A stretch of 64,000 nucleotides of DNA from positions 25,422,001 to 25,486,000 of the forward strand of contig NC_087251.1 of the NCBI RefSeq assembly GCF_037042905.1. Reading direction: 5' to 3'. The notes beneath the pieces are model-generated. The model saw only the letters and a program-made list of their open reading frames with translations, was not told where the DNA came from and did no database searches. Both the position numbers and the translations under genes were made by a program. Shown one piece after another: positions 24,301 to 38,179 of this stretch; positions within the stretch are counted from its first letter, which is position 1; every line of letters begins with the position of its first letter. This stretch comes from Lytechinus pictus (Eukaryota).

Positions 24301-27103
24301 ACACTGAGAAGGATTGCAATGGCAACCACAATGAGAGAACAGGAATGTGGTCTAAAGGGACTGAAGACAATTAATGTATGGAAAGAGAATGAGGCTGTTT
24401 CTACCTGGTTCAGCATGTTCTGGTTATCTTGTATGAAGGTAAGTATTCCTAGCTATTTTTTGATGTATTGTATGATATCAAAAGTAACTCTCAATAGATA
24501 CATATTCAGTTCATATAGCCAACTATCTAAACAATGCAGAAAAGTACTTACCGTACTAAGAATTGAACATGAGTACAAATACATAGGGTGAACAAACAGT
24601 TAACAAGAGATGATACTCTCATAATATCATGCCTTAATTGCATTCATTATGTATAAACAAGTAATGTATGGATAGAAAATAAACAAATTGGTGATATTGG
24701 ATATGCAGTAAGAAGTAGTAGTAGTAGTAGTTGTAGTTGTAGGATATATTAAAACCCAGGTGAGGTAAATGGGTACCGGTAGGAAGTAATTCCTTAAAAA
24801 GCTGTGTGCGCTATGAACGCCTAGCTTAGCCGGGTAATATAGGAGCGCCTTGAGCACCTAACAAGGTGGATATGTGCACAATATAAATACCCTATAGTAT
24901 TATTATTATTAAAAGAAAATCAACAAATTGGTGATATTGGATAAACGGTAGTAGTAATACTAGTAGGATATACACATATTTAGAAAGTATCTTTGAAGAT
25001 CAATCATGTGTGTGAAATGTATTGTTCTTCTTTACACCCAGAGATGGACAACCTTGTTTCAGAATGAAAGGGTCAGAGTAGCAATGTATGCTGTCAATGG
25101 CTGCAAGCAACAGAATGACATGTTCAACCATCCATATGTGAGCGGCAATAAAGACTGCAGCCTTAGTGAAATGATGACTATACTCTACACAAAATGCTTT
25201 CCAGGAGAATATCGAAAGTAAGTCTAGAGGTCAGAGATTATTGTTTTGAGGCATATTTCCATGATGATCCATCAAGAGATTTGAACCCACTTTATCTTCT
25301 TTTCCACTCCTTTTGTTTTCCATGTTTACATTAAATGTATTGAAATGTGACCTTTGTTGATAAGTGTTGAAAAATGAGTGTATCTTTCTTTATTATGAAC
25401 AAGAATCTCAGTTTCATGGTGAGAAGTTAAGTTAGACTTCTTTGGAACAGTCAGAGCCCATATTGACCCTGACCTTTGATAGAATACCTCTCAGCATCTT
25501 TACACTTCTACTCCTTCCCGTTTTTCATAAAGAAAGCAGCTAGAGATAGGGGAAGGCAATGGGGGGCCTTGGGTGTGGCAAAGCAGGGGAAATAATGATG
25601 GACATGAATTTTAATGGTATGCTATTCAATAAAACTTAATTATTTTTAATATCGTTCAATATAAAGTCTTCTTGAATTCTCTTGAGATCAAGTGCTTTAT
25701 AAACGATAAGAAATAACCCTTATATATTTTTTTCCTTCAAATTCTGGTTGATTGACAGGTATGTGGAGTTCAATGCACGCTATTCAAGCAGTTACCTCAA
25801 GTACAGTGCTGATATCCCCGCTTTCTTGCACAGTAAGCCTCGTTTTATTGTAGAGCATGTGGAGAAGTGCATGACTACAACCGTCATTTCAGAGAACATC
25901 CAGGCCGGCCAGGATGGCCACTTTGTTGTCAAAGGGGATAGGAATCAGGCTCATCAGGTGTTCTTCGGAAATGAGGAGAGGTATCCCTCATGTACTTGTT
26001 CATACTGGACCAAACTATATCTGCCTTGCAAACACTTTTGTGCTATCTTTCGGCATGTGCCTGGTTGGTCTTGGGACCAGCTTGGAGCAGCATATCGTGA
26101 TAATCCTCTGTTTCTCTTAGATGGGGATGTCCTAATGGTCAGTGATCCTAAAAAGCTTTCTCAAGAAGTCCAAAAGCTTGCCACGGAGGAGAGAAAACCA
26201 GCAGAGCCAGGAGGTTCTATAGAGGAATCAACAATAATGGCTTCGGCTGAGGAAGTGTCGAATGCTCAAGCAGAGGAAGCATCAAAGTCAAAGAGGCCAC
26301 AGCGAGCTGCAGTCACCTGTAAACGTCTTGTAAGAAAGAACATGGACCTTCTTGATAAGTTGGAGTCTCAGGTTCCTCATTTGAAGGACAAGATTGTCCT
26401 TGAGGACATGCTTAATACTCTCCAAAAGCTAGTACACAGAGTACAAAGAATCGGGACTCGAGGTAAGAAGAATACTGTAGCAGCTCACAGAATTTCTTTA
26501 AAAACTCAGAAGAGGAAACTTCAAAGTGACTTTGACTGGATGACTGAGAAAAATCAGAGCACTGTATCCAGTTCTGAACATGCAAAAGCCCCATCAGCTG
26601 TGGAAGATGATGGAAGTAGTATGGCCACACAACTCTGTCCAAATGTCTTTACTTGTGTGAACAGTGATATTCACCAAGCTGCTGCGGGAGGTAGTCAAGA
26701 AATTTCTGGAACTAGTCAGCAAAGTGCGAGTAGTGCTGCCTTTTCCCATGATAATGAAAATCGTAATATACAAAATACCACATTGGACAACAGTAATGAA
26801 ATCAGTAGTGACATGATAGAAGCTATTGTCCTCAACCAGAATCTGTTCACAGGTAACTACCTACCTTTAACCGTGGATGCTCAAGGATCTGAGGGAACAG
26901 TAGCTGAACATCACAATCTCCATGGCAACATCACCATTGTAACAGAGGCTCCTGTTGGCCAGGAGGTCATGTCTACTGAGGGTGTTATTATTCAGACAGT
27001 TGATCAGATTGACCATGAACATTTCATCATTGATTCCGTACACCAAGGTATAACAGTCACTGTTGCTGATGCTGAACTTGACAGAGTGTCATCTGTTACA
27101 TAA
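6328..27103 (+). CDS. MULE (Mutator) transposase-derived protein with CaRF-like N-terminal DNA-binding region and SWIM zinc finger, ~1002 aa, 9 coding exons
   Basis: Exons 6328-6466, 19360-19526, 20077-20220, 20726-20884, 22104-22419, 23058-23375, 24194-24438, 25042-25217, 25759-27103. All introns are GT-AG with matching phases; total 3009 nt, no internal stop. Motifs: DGVPF..LICHQGRDR, QDTKKVDCPA and LPPLSSHRGHP (CaRF/WRKY-GCM1-like); LDAVYRSAGYSLPLF..WNPDWNPEGFMVD (MULE core); CTCSYWTKLYLPCKH (SWIM, 25991-26035). Joining exon 1 across the 12.9-kb intron is the least certain part. Confidence 0.85.
8500..10769 (-). pseudogene. Decayed, intron-containing Chapaev/RAG1-like transposase
   Basis: Three - strand exon remnants in the expected domain order. 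10240-10769: FCSEYLSKY*RHNE*KVSPCPICSKNFFLDDVTSNPCFLTICELKVYCVCGKTGLLKILTGH (RING C-terminal half plus zinc finger). 9551-9679: AAKTLAMMNDGHLNWSQYRQMNR. ~8530-8705: HDGAIPEEEVWIKFGGDHG/GGSFKLVIQ/VCNVE. Contains stops and frameshifts. A possible C-terminal remnant at ~7894-8060 (NRIYANLP...EMPPKKRVQR*) is weaker. Confidence 0.7.
11633..12514 (+). mobile_element. DINE-1/HINE-like repeat interrupted by a TTAA MITE
   Basis: Homologous to 18082-18503 on both sides of the 11735-12333 insertion. Confidence 0.6.
11735..12333. mobile_element. TTAA-target MITE (Kolobok-like), copy 1
   Basis: TIR AGGGGAATCCA/TGGATTCCCCT with TTAA on both sides. The related host repeat at ~18331 has a single TTAA (empty site). 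Highly similar to 56885-57465. Confidence 0.85.
13858..14015. mobile_element. Short palindromic MITE
   Basis: GCCCCATTGCATAAAAGTTA / TAACTCTTTATGCAATGGGGC inverted ends. Confidence 0.6.
18082..18503 (+). mobile_element. DINE-1/HINE-like repeat
   Basis: Starts TTTTATACGCTCGTC, has a GTCC microsatellite and a 3' hairpin GTGCTCGCCTTAGCGACAC followed by TCTTGTT; sister copy at ~11633-12514. Confidence 0.6.
21044..21464. mobile_element. MITE with CAGGGTGCT-type TIRs and repeated CTTGCCCGA motif
   Basis: CGGGGTGCTACATAA / TTATGAAGCACCCTG; flanking direct repeat TAGCAG (21038-21043, 21465-21470); many GGGCAAG/CTTGCCC subterminal motifs. Confidence 0.7.
24754..24910 (+). mobile_element. SINE 3' portion with (TAT)n tail
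   Basis: ACCCAGGTGAGGTAAATGGGTACC core, GAGCGCCTTGAGCAC..GGATATGTGC..TATAAATA and a TATTATTATT tail; related fragment at ~47388-47520. Confidence 0.55.
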
Positions 27104-29029
27104 TGAAAATAACCCTCATCAGTGAAATTATTTATTTTTACAAATAAGAGTATTCTTTTTTTTGCTCCTGAATTATATAGTTATTCATAAACTTGCATGA
27201 AAATCTTATATTATTTTCTCTTCAATTCACACCCAGTAGATGATGTCAATGTTTAGGCCTGCATGCAGAGTAATCTTTGTCTACATTATGGATGTATCTA
27301 TTCCAAAGTTAATTGTGTACTATTTTAACATTCTTTAACCGAACAGCACTGCAAACTGCAAAGTACAAACAAAATCTGTCCCAATTTTTTGTGTCATCTT
27401 TACCTCCAAAATAGTGTTGCAAAAATTCATTGATGTTGTAAATCCAATGATGTAAGTAGAATAAGTTGTCCTCTTTTACTCCTTGATAAAGAAATAATTT
27501 GTTTACATGCTATAAGAATATTTTCCAGTAGAAGTATTTTGTATGCTTATAGTTTGTATATTTTCCATCATTGTTCTTACTTGCTGTATCCGATTCTGGA
27601 GCAAGAAATATATTAGTTATAAAGTTCAATACTATTAAATAACAACTGTGCATTGTTAATGCATACATTTCATAACATTTTATTTCAAAGAATATAATTG
27701 TAATATCATATGTGATGTATGGAATCATTGTGGTCTTTTCTCATAATGTCACCCATTTTATGCAAAGACTTGATGAGGGTGTTTGAGTCATTCTTTCACG
27801 ACAAATCTCTATAAATTGTCAAAAAAAACTTTTAAAAATTGCATTGGCATTATTTCCTTCTACAGACAACAGGTGTAATATAAGTTATTTAACTACAGCA
27901 AAGTTCAGTATATGTAATTGCTTCTCAAAATCATAGAAATTCACAAATTGAACGAATTGAAATATGTTTAATTGTAAGTGAATTCTTGTTTTAATAGCTC
28001 TATGATACCCATCACCTCAATCAGTTTTGTAACTGCAGTTGTCCTCATTCACAGAAGTGTGTTACCTTCAACACTTAGGTTGAATTTCCTAATAGGTTTT
28101 AAATTTGCATTTCCCCAAAGTGGGTCAAGTACTTCTATTAAATAAAGCACATTAGATTATATCAAGATGAGGCACTTTAACCCATGCGTGAACTTTAAAC
28201 CCACTTTTGTTAAACTTCCAAGTGTTGAATACATGTTTTGAACTCATAAATTTGAATGACGTCAGATGAACCGATTTAACCCATGTTAAAGAGGGTGGAT
28301 AGTTTTGATAAATTCCCCAAAATGTGCCTGTCACCATTCTAATTTATTTGTATATTTTATGAATCTGCATGCCCTAAAACAGTCATGATCTGGATGATGT
28401 GAAATAAAAAGGTGTTTTACGTGATAAATTTTGCAATTTTCCATGGAAATTTAATTTAATCGGGAGCCTGATTGAATTAGAGTTGTTGGTGTTTAAAACT
28501 TGTAATAAGTTCCCTCAAGGGACAACCCAAGCCTAAACTCAAAGCCTATTAAAGTCACACCCCTTCCTGATCGATTCATCACGTGAAGGAGAGGTAAGGG
28601 GAGTAGCAGCCTCTGATTATCAGGGCTTATTTAGTATGTCTTGAATACGCTTCTAGCAAAGGAGGGTTCCCCACAAAAGCAGGGCTCTTGGCAAAAAAGC
28701 AGGGAAAACATTGCTTAGTTGTTGCTCTATTGTTCTGTAGTTCCAACTACCTTTGGGAGTTCTGGCTAAAGATAATTATTATGGAGAAGTGAGTGCCTGT
28801 GATTGTGTTCCATTGCTTTTACCAGATGTTGCAAGTCGATAAGGCAACACAAAACTTGAAAATTCAGTAAATTTTCTTTACATTCAATGTGGAAAAAATT
28901 TGTACGAGTCCTTTTATTGACACTGAATTAAAATCAATTTTATATCAGGATTTACTTGTACATGTATGTCGGAATCAGCGGACAGTGAGGGTTTGAGTTG
29001 TAAATGTGTTTGCATCTAGGAGGAAATGA

Positions 29030-29350
29030 AAACAGATGAGATGGTTATATTGAATGAGGGAAGAGGAAGAGATAGGAAACTGCATAAAGGAGAGATGAAG
29101 TGAGAGAAAATAGATGTGAGGATAGGGAGGGAGGTACTGGTAGAGGGAGGAGGGATGAGAGGAGGGGGAGGAAGGGAGATGGTAGGGAGAGACAGGAAGA
29201 GGGAAGGGAGAGAGAGAGAGGGAGGAATAAGAGAGAGGGAGGAGAGTAAGAGAGCTAGATAATGAGGAGGGGAGAAAAGAAATGTGTCAGATAGAAGGTT
29301 GTATGAGTGAGAGATGAATTAGAATAAAGTAAGAGGAGACAAGAGGGTAT
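29030..29350. repeat. GA-rich polypurine low-complexity tract
   Basis: About 300 bp dominated by G/A on the + strand. Confidence 0.75.
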
Positions 29351-29726
29351 AAAAAGGTATTTTTGACCATCAAAATTACTTTACATTTTCTCAGGAATGT
29401 TAGTACACAAGATGAAGGCAGTGTTTCATAGAGCTGCTCGTATAATTATGACTGAAACATGGCAAGCCGAGCATGACTCTCGGATCACCTTAGCTCAATT
29501 TGAATTACATAATTAACATCAAAACTCTTATTCACCAAAATTTGAATGAGAACAACAGCAATAAACCTAATAAAAAAATTATAAAAAACCAGTAACCTTT
29601 GCGGATTATATTCACCTTTACTACACATATATATCCATGAGGCGAATTACAATGAGTTTGTAAAAAGCATTTTTTCATATTCATTATTTAACTATGACTG
29701 CATTTAATCTTGGTATAATTAGTGTC

Positions 29727-30001
29727 CTGGGGGTCTTAAAAAGAGTTGCGATTGATCCGATCAATCGCAAATATGGAAAGCCAGCACAGTCAACATATAA
29801 AATGCATGTTTGTTTAAAAAAAAATTATAGATATGATTGTATATCCGTGAATTAATTGATTTCTTGACAATTTGGTGTGTTCTCTTTTGTTTACAAAGGA
29901 CGTTTTGCAAATTTCCTGAAGAAAAAATAATTGCACTGATGGATTTCCATAGAGTTACGATTGATTGGATCAATCGTAACTTTTTGCAAGACGGGGCCCT
30001 G
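29727..30001. mobile_element. Short TIR MITE
   Basis: GTCTTAAAAAGAGTTGCGATTGATCC / GGATCAATCGTAACTTTTTGCAAGAC inverted ends. Confidence 0.6.
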
Positions 30002-32520
30002 GAGTGAACAGTACAATTATTAATGTTATGGTCACAAATGGCTTTACAAACAACGTACGTACAAACAAGTTTTAGATATAGCAATAAATGGTATATGGTG
30101 TTCGTAAAGGTATTTGTGACCATAGCATTCCTCTCTCATTTCTTTCTTTCCCTCCTCTCTTACTTTTTCACTCTCCCCCTCTCTCTAATCATCTCACTTC
30201 ATTGCTCTCCCTCCCTCTTATTCTGATTCTTCCACCTCCCCCTCTCAACTTAATAAAGAAAACCTTTCACACCACTCCCATAAAAATATCAGATGAGAGG
30301 AACACAAAAATAACATTAAAAAATTAATGAATCCTGGCAAGATGTTTTAATATGTAACCATGAAAGTGTTGCAAACAACAAATACCCTGACACGGGGTCA
30401 AACAAAATTGCAAAACAGATGCAGATTGGTGAGACAGAATATCACTTTTTTTTTTCTCTTCAAGATTTCTGGTAAAACTGAATGTTAGGTGCTTTCAAGG
30501 TAGATCACCAACCCACGCTTTACAGTCTGAAAATTAGGAATTTTTGGAAAATCAAGTTCTTCGAAGTTATTGAATATTTCATAAGGTCTATCATTCAATG
30601 ATATACAGTAATATTTGTGCAGATTTCATTGATAGTTAATTTCAAGCAAACTTTAAATACATGATGCAAATGTCAACAAAATACAAATTTAATTGTGAAT
30701 GTAACAATATGAAACAAAATTCCAGAACTACTATATCACCACATACGTAGCACGGTAGTAGTGAACATACATAAGTACATGTTATGCAAACACTTAAATC
30801 AATATAACTCAAAATAGCAAATAATACCGGAAAAATAATGAAAACTACACATTGTAAAGAGAAAGATAATTTAGACAAATAACTACAAGGGCATTCAACA
30901 AAAATAATGTTAAGTCTGGTTCAAAACAAATAAACCTCTTCCCTAATCTAGAGAAATGCAGTGCCGCAGTTATAACATAAACCAAGTTGGTTTTGATTGC
31001 TCGTTGTACCTGTAATTCATACACACCACACTAAAAAAGAAAACAGAGTGAAAATACTCCACCCATTTTGTTCTCAAGTGAGATATCTTGAGTTTTTTTC
31101 TTTCTTAAATAAGAATTTTTCTCCAGGATTATTAAAAAAAAATCCTTTCAAACTGTCATACATTTAAGGTTTAATTAAATTAATTTTGTTTCTTTACATT
31201 GCCATTTTTCTGTACTACAGGTGCATAGACAGGTAATACCCCTCCAATATCTCGCTGACTGAACAGCTTAATACCATGCAAAACCATATAGCACGCCCCC
31301 ATAAACCTTTTAAATCACACAAACAAGAATATCTTTATATCATAGAAATGTAAACATATCATTAACCCTACATGGGCACTTCTTGATCTATCATTTATGC
31401 TGATGATATACATTTCTACACCTATGAATGTTTTGAACAGAAATATGGCGCAATATCCATGCTGTGGATCATCATCATTATCATCATAATATATACCCTG
31501 GAATAATTCAATTATGCTACTTGGAGAACATGTATTTTATCCTATGAATAAGAAAATGATATATCTGCAGTAGTTTCATACATATTCAGTTCTAAAGGGG
31601 CTTCATAAAATGTGATTATCATTGGATAACATTCTTTTAGATTTCCAATATATGGGTTTTCGAAACTAATGGGAAAGCTTTCTAATGACGTTAATCAAAT
31701 GAATTTAATTTAATATGTTAGTGCCAGTTTTGTTCAAAATATGACATATGGACAGCCTTTTGTCTTACATGAAATTACATGTCAATATTCAAACAAACTA
31801 TTTCAGTGGTATCATAAATAACAATGATGATAGTTTGAAATACATTCTCAATGTTTGCAACTATAATGCAGACTATTTCTACTTCACTAGCTGGCTAGCT
31901 AGCTGCAGCTGGGCTATGAAAGTATTCAATGAAATACCTGCCTACTCCTGGGTGGAGTGGGGCAAACACATATAAATGCCTTGGTAACAAGAGGCAATGT
32001 ACAGGATGCCATGGAAATCTGTGTATGCAACAAGTCTTCTAGTCTTGTCACCTCAATCTTTTTCTAATGTTTATGTGTTGTAAGAATGATAATTCTACAC
32101 CTATCTAGAAAGCTTCCTGAGAATAATATCATGCATGCAAGATTCAACCATGTGGGGCAAGATAGTTCTACACAATTGTGGTTATACTGATAAAGTACAT
32201 AATATTCCTCTACAATAATTAAACCTATAAAGCCTTAATGGTGGGAAGGGGGGGGGTCAAATTTACCTGCCTTGGACGAATTTCGTGACTATGCCGCCGT
32301 GTGAAATTATTTTATCATGCTGCTTGGAGACTTTTTACTATCACGTTTGCACATTTTTTAAGACCAAATTTGTGACGTCCAGGTACACCGTTATAAAATT
32401 ATGCAACATTTCAAGGGCATATGTCAGACATCAAATAGCTCATAGCTCAAAAAAGTGATTTCATGTACAAAGTCAACCCAAAATCAGAAATGTATAATTT
32501 TTTTACTCTTGCTGGTTTAA

Positions 32521-33457
32521 GGACGTTCCACAGTTAAAGTGAAATCCATGTCATTTTCACCAAACTTTGCACATAGATACTTTAGAATCTTAATATTCGA
32601 AATATGCAAAAATTAATATAGGTCCATGTGCTTGATTTTTTGCTATAGAGCTTCAAAGTTCACCCAAATTGATGTTCTTAAGAATTGCGCATTCAAAAGA
32701 ATTTGGCATTTTTAGACCGCCCAAGATTACTACAAGGAGTTTAAACCTCTATTACTCAGTCAAAATACATGAAAAAGTCATCAAATTTCGCAAGAGAGTT
32801 GATAATTATATCGTTGAAATGGAGAATCTATTTATTGTGCTATTTGTTTGCAATTTTAAGTTTAACAGCACTGTCAGTTCTTAAAAATGGCGTAAAAGAT
32901 AACAAAATCCCAATCTAAAAAATGTAAAATTTCAGTAACAAACTACAAACGTACAATAAATGCTGCACTTTATTCAAAATCCATGTCATTTTCACCAAAA
33001 TTTGCAGGATTGTAAAGGAAGGTATACCTAAGACGTACAAACATTAAAAAATAGGGGTTCATGTGCTTGTTTTTAAACTATCAGCATATTTATTAGAGCA
33101 AATGTGCTTTTTAAAACACAAAAAATGCGCCAAAAGCTTAGTATCTATGTGAAGAAAAAATCAAAACCACTCTACCATTTATTCAAACTCGGGGTAATAT
33201 TCGTGATTCTTGGCAGCACTGCAAAGTAAAGTATTTTGACATTGTAGAGAATATTTTTTTTGAATGGTCCATGGAATAATTCAATTTTTTAGCTTCATGA
33301 AATAATGCATCGGATCTGCAGTTAAAGTGCAGAAGATGAGAAAAATCATCTCATACCCGCAGCTAATTAATCACCTATTCATCCATTGTGACGTCAGCGC
33401 GCAGAGTGTAAACTATGCGCAGATCATAATGCGCACAAACATAACTGTGGAACGTCC
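32521..33457. mobile_element. TTAA-target non-autonomous DNA transposon (Kolobok-like)
   Basis: Perfect 16-bp TIR GGACGTTCCACAGTTA/TAACTGTGGAACGTCC; TTAA at 32517-32520 and 33458-33461. Confidence 0.85.
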
Positions 33458-34479
33458 TTAAATGGATATATTTCATGATATATACGATCACCGAACAGGT
33501 TGAAAAAAAGAAACAGATACATAAGAATTCACAAAACAATAAAATACATAGGAAATTAAAAGGCTTTCTGAAAAATTTGTCAAACGGAATGGAAAAGATA
33601 CTGATGCAGTTCCTTCTTAAGTAACCTCACAGAATTACCCAATTTGAGGATCTAACAATTATAGCCAGTTCTGGTAACAATCACAAAATTATTTCTAGGA
33701 AATTACCAGTAAGTGCAAGATTTAAAATAAATACTATGAGTTTAATGATGGGTACATCTATTTGCAAGCTATCATTTATGACAATGCCCATGACTGTATA
33801 TCTGTGATTTTCAGTATGCTCTGTTTACAGTTAGTTTACATTATTTAAGTTTGGTTAAATCAGTAATTTTACTAGCTCTTCATCAATGATTATATAGAAA
33901 TTATTCACCTTAATTCTAAAAATTTTCTCTCCTTATTATTACTCACTGTGGCTTCAAGTAAGATGTTTAAATATTTTCTTTTTAATTTCACCTCCCATCT
34001 AAGTCATATTTGTTTGAAGTCAAAGCTTTTTTCTCAAGTCCAAATTCCTTTGACTTGAGGCTAGTTTTGTGGCAGTTCATAATACTTATACTAAGTGTGT
34101 ATCTGGTATTATGGGTAGGATGCGCTATAAAATACATTAAAGGATGTTAACAGAAAAGATCCACAACAACCAAAACATTAACATTATAGGCACATAGCCG
34201 TTTGAATTACATCAATGAAAAATTCAAACATTAATACCTCTCTTTTAATCAAACAATGTTTAGTGAAATCACTATGCAGCACCCAATGTATGTGTACAAT
34301 ATTCAATATATATTGAAATTCTGCAGCTTATAACAGATAAAAAAAAAAAAGAAAAAAAAAAATATATATATATATTTGTGAGATGATTAGCATTCTTCTA
34401 CTTGGGCAGCGTTCAATACTTTCTTTTTGTGATGTTTGGTCAGACTTTTGGACATCAAATTTCAATTATTATGATTGTG

Positions 34480-34640
34480 TATTGGTGGTGGTGACTTGCT
34501 TGTAGGCAAGCAACCAGAGGACCGACGGCTTAAGGTTCTCTCTCCAAGGGGCCTGGTTATGAGGATAAATGCCTGACCAAAAGGCCATAGCGCACAAAGT
34601 TGGAATCGAACCTGGTCACCGGAATCAGACCCCCCCGCCC
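34480..34640 (-). mobile_element. tRNA-derived SINE fragment
   Basis: B-box GGTTCGATTCC on the - strand (~34602-34612) followed by a SINE-like core (GGCATTTATCCTCA...TTAAGCCGTCGGTCC). Confidence 0.45.
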
Positions 34641-34832
34641 AAGCTATTGCGCCTTCTTAATTGCTAGGAGCATAAACCTATATCATTATTCTTTCTGCTT
34701 TTTAAACTTTTATTCAAGAATATAATGATGTAATTTAATCAATCAAGGAATATGGTAGGCAAGGATTCAGGAAAAGAAAGAATAGGTGTCAGGCGTCTTC
34801 CCTGCCCCTTGGGCCAATAGTGGTATGTGAAT

Positions 34833-34908
34833 TGTACCCTGCTTTGATAAGTGCCTCACCCCCCATGTACCCTGCTTTGATAAGTGCCTCACCCCCCATG
34901 TATCCTGC
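34833..34908. repeat. 33-bp tandem repeat (~2.3 copies)
   Basis: TGTACCCTGCTTTGATAAGTGCCTCACCCCCCA repeated. Confidence 0.85.
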
Positions 34909-37900
34909 CCTTTTTTAAATGAGTAAGACCCTTTTTGTTGTCGGAAATTTTAGGAAGAATTCAAATTAGGCTCTTTTTGGCAGCGTGTGGCCCCCTTTTC
35001 TTGTCATAATTTTACCAAACTATGATATATCAACATTCAGTGCCTCCAGACTATAAAATCCTGTATCCGCTTAAATGGTTTTAGTGAATTCTGCTCATGT
35101 TAGGAGGCCAAAAATCTCCATATGACATGGGGACATAATTCATGTATGCAAGAAAGGTCAAGGAAATATGATCTTATGCCAAATAGTTTCTTCAAGCAAA
35201 GCATTACATTGGGTCAGATGCGTAAAAGTTGCAATTGTTTTTCTAGGCTTTTGCTTAATTCCATATTCTTAAAATTGAGCAAGCAAATGCTTTTGCTAGT
35301 TAGTTCAAGCAATCGTTAACTGACTGCTAGCACTTCCTTGACAATTAAGCTATTGCTAAAAAGCGTGTGCATAAAGGGAACAATTTGCTTGTGCGTTTAA
35401 GCACTTGCTTGAGTTTTTTTCAAGCTCCATCAGAGCAGCTTGAGCGTTTGCTTGATCAGGGTGTTCACGATTTTTAATTGTGTTTATGCACCTGAGAGAG
35501 AACCCAAAAGTGTACAGTAGCCTACATGTACTTGTTTTCTTCCTAGTAAGAGCAAGCTAATTGCCAATTATATATAAATTTATTGAAAAGAAACAAGTTA
35601 GTTTGACACCACGTCTAAGGAAAAGATTATGTCAAGAGCATAAGATCAAGCACAGTCACATATATAAACCCTGCGCCCCCCCAAAAAAAAAAAAATTATT
35701 AAAAAAAAAACATAGACTTCAATGGCTTTATAACAATCTTTCATCTTCATCCTGGATATGGGCTGGTAATCTCAGAATACTAACCAAAAAGTATAAGGGT
35801 ATTTGGAACAAAAATAAACTTCATTACGATTCATGCATGCTAAGCACAAGCATCTGACCAAATAAGAAAACCTGGAAATACCTTTACTCAACTTGTTCCA
35901 CACTTTACTGAAGTGACTATAACAAACTAATTTACTTCATACAAATGATTTACTCCATCATTGGACAGTAAAAAAAATTGTGATGAGTGAGAAGAATTGA
36001 TAATATGAGCATTAATTAAAGTGATTTTTTTAATGAAGATTGAATAATGAAGATAAAAACATATCTTTCCGTAAAAGCATGGACTGAGACTCTTCTGTGG
36101 TCTTACCTCATGAAAGTACCACCAATATCTTTAATAATGATGCCCATGGGTGTCAACCTGTTACTATAGCAAGGCAATTCATCCCACAGTGTGCATATAT
36201 ATATATATATATAACAATTTTCATTATGAAATATAGCATCAATATCATCAATGTAAAAGTTATCCATATTCTTTAAGACAAAGAGTCAGTAACACACAAG
36301 AAACAATCGATGTTAAGGTAATCTAAGATTACCCTTACAATTTTACAATATATATTTTTCTTTCATTATATATTTTGATTTTATATATTTCTCTTTTCAA
36401 TACATTAAATCACTTTGTCATTCCGGTAAGCATGCAACACTCATTCTATAATGTCATTTGTTAGATCAACCAAGGAATGCAACTATGAATATACAACATA
36501 CCTTGAATATTACAGCTACTTATCTATCCACAGACATCATTGGGTAATAATCAAATACTTAGTTTGGATTAGTTGACATGATGCTGGACAGCTACTTGTA
36601 TATGTCTTAGGACATGTACACAAACATACCAAGTACTGCAAGCGTTTGCCACAACCTTGCACTGTAACTGTTATAGAATGACTGTCATCAGCCAAGGACT
36701 AACAGGTAACTGCTATCTTTTCAAATTTTTTAACAAATCAACAATTTAAAAAGGCAAAAAAAAAAATGAAGCTCACACCATGTCAGCAAACATATAAATA
36801 GAACAGCCCATTCCAAAGGCCATTTATCTACACTGAGAATCGGTAAAAACTATCCAGTCAAAGTATAAAGATGTCAAACTAGCAATGCCTTCCTCCTGAA
36901 TTCACAGCAATAAACAATGGTTAACAGAAAACAAAAAGGCAACACAATTTCTTTTTATTCATGTTTTCCATATTTTCACCCTGTATGGTAAACTGCACAC
37001 TTTACCCTCTTGTATGTAATCAATCTATCTTTCCTTACTATCTCACCGATTAATATACTCTGTTGAATAGTAAGTAGATTCTAATAATATGCGACAAAGA
37101 TAATAATATGATCATTCTGTCATTTAGCAATACTTCCGGTATTGAGGGTTATAGATGTATGTATAAAAGTAATTCATAAATCTTGCAAATTTGTCTTCAT
37201 TTGCTATTCAATAGATAATGTTGGCTACCACCCAAGTCACTGCTGTTGTTTTGATATATTTGATGAAAATGATGTTCTTCCAACAACTTTCAAATAAACA
37301 GATTCTTTATATACCCATGTTTAATAAATTCAATAATCACCTTTTAGGTTAAAAGTACAGTCATTTTTATCAAAACACCCATGAAAGTTTAATCATGTTC
37401 TGACTGACAAATTTGGTTAAACCTTGTTGGTTATGAATGATACCCACATGTTCACCAGGGGTCGGTCTGCTTCATAGAGAACATTAATACTGGTAACTTA
37501 TTTCTCTATTCAAAAGCAAAACAAAATCAAGGTTTCCATGTTTTACATGCAGATACCATACAATCAACGTTACCATGATCGTTAGTTCTTCATGAAAGAA
37601 GCCCCTGATTTTACATGTAGGCAACCTGCCTGCAAATATTAAAGAGTCTAAGATTATACATGATATTGCAGCCAGACTCAAAGTGAGGCAAAAAGGCAAG
37701 AATTCTTTGTATATTTCATTAATATCTGGTAAATATAAAAGATACACAGTTGCTCATGCCCTTCCTTTATAGAGTGCGGTATCCAAAAGCCTGTCAATAC
37801 AACTATGCCTCTCATAACAGTCCATACTTTGATATTACACAAAAAAGTGACCCACTACAAAATGCCATGGCTTATATGATATACATTGGCTCATCTATAT

Positions 37901-38179
37901 TAAGAGACACTGTATGCTCTATACACAATCAAGTCACTTTCACAAGGTTATAACAAACTGAGCATATTAACCGTAAGAAGAACTAAAGATTGTTTAATTC
38001 CTACCTTGCATCGGTAAACCATTTTGTTTCCATAAAAGTATGGATTTTCCTTGTGGTTTGATAGAGCTAAATGTATGACTTTAAATGCAGACGAAGCAAC
38101 TCAATATGAAACGAATTGCATACACATCACAGTATATAAGCAGCACAAGTGTGGGTGCACATTCAAGCGATTGCTTGGT

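Noticed and set aside
25748..27103. 451-aa ORF as a stand-alone gene
   Set aside because: It starts at a non-ATG codon in intron sequence and is the last exon (acceptor 25757-25758) of the 9-exon gene.
27104..38179. Short ORFs between the two convergent genes
   Set aside because: AT-rich, with no recognisable motifs or consistent splice structure; explained by 3' UTRs, MITEs and low-complexity DNA.
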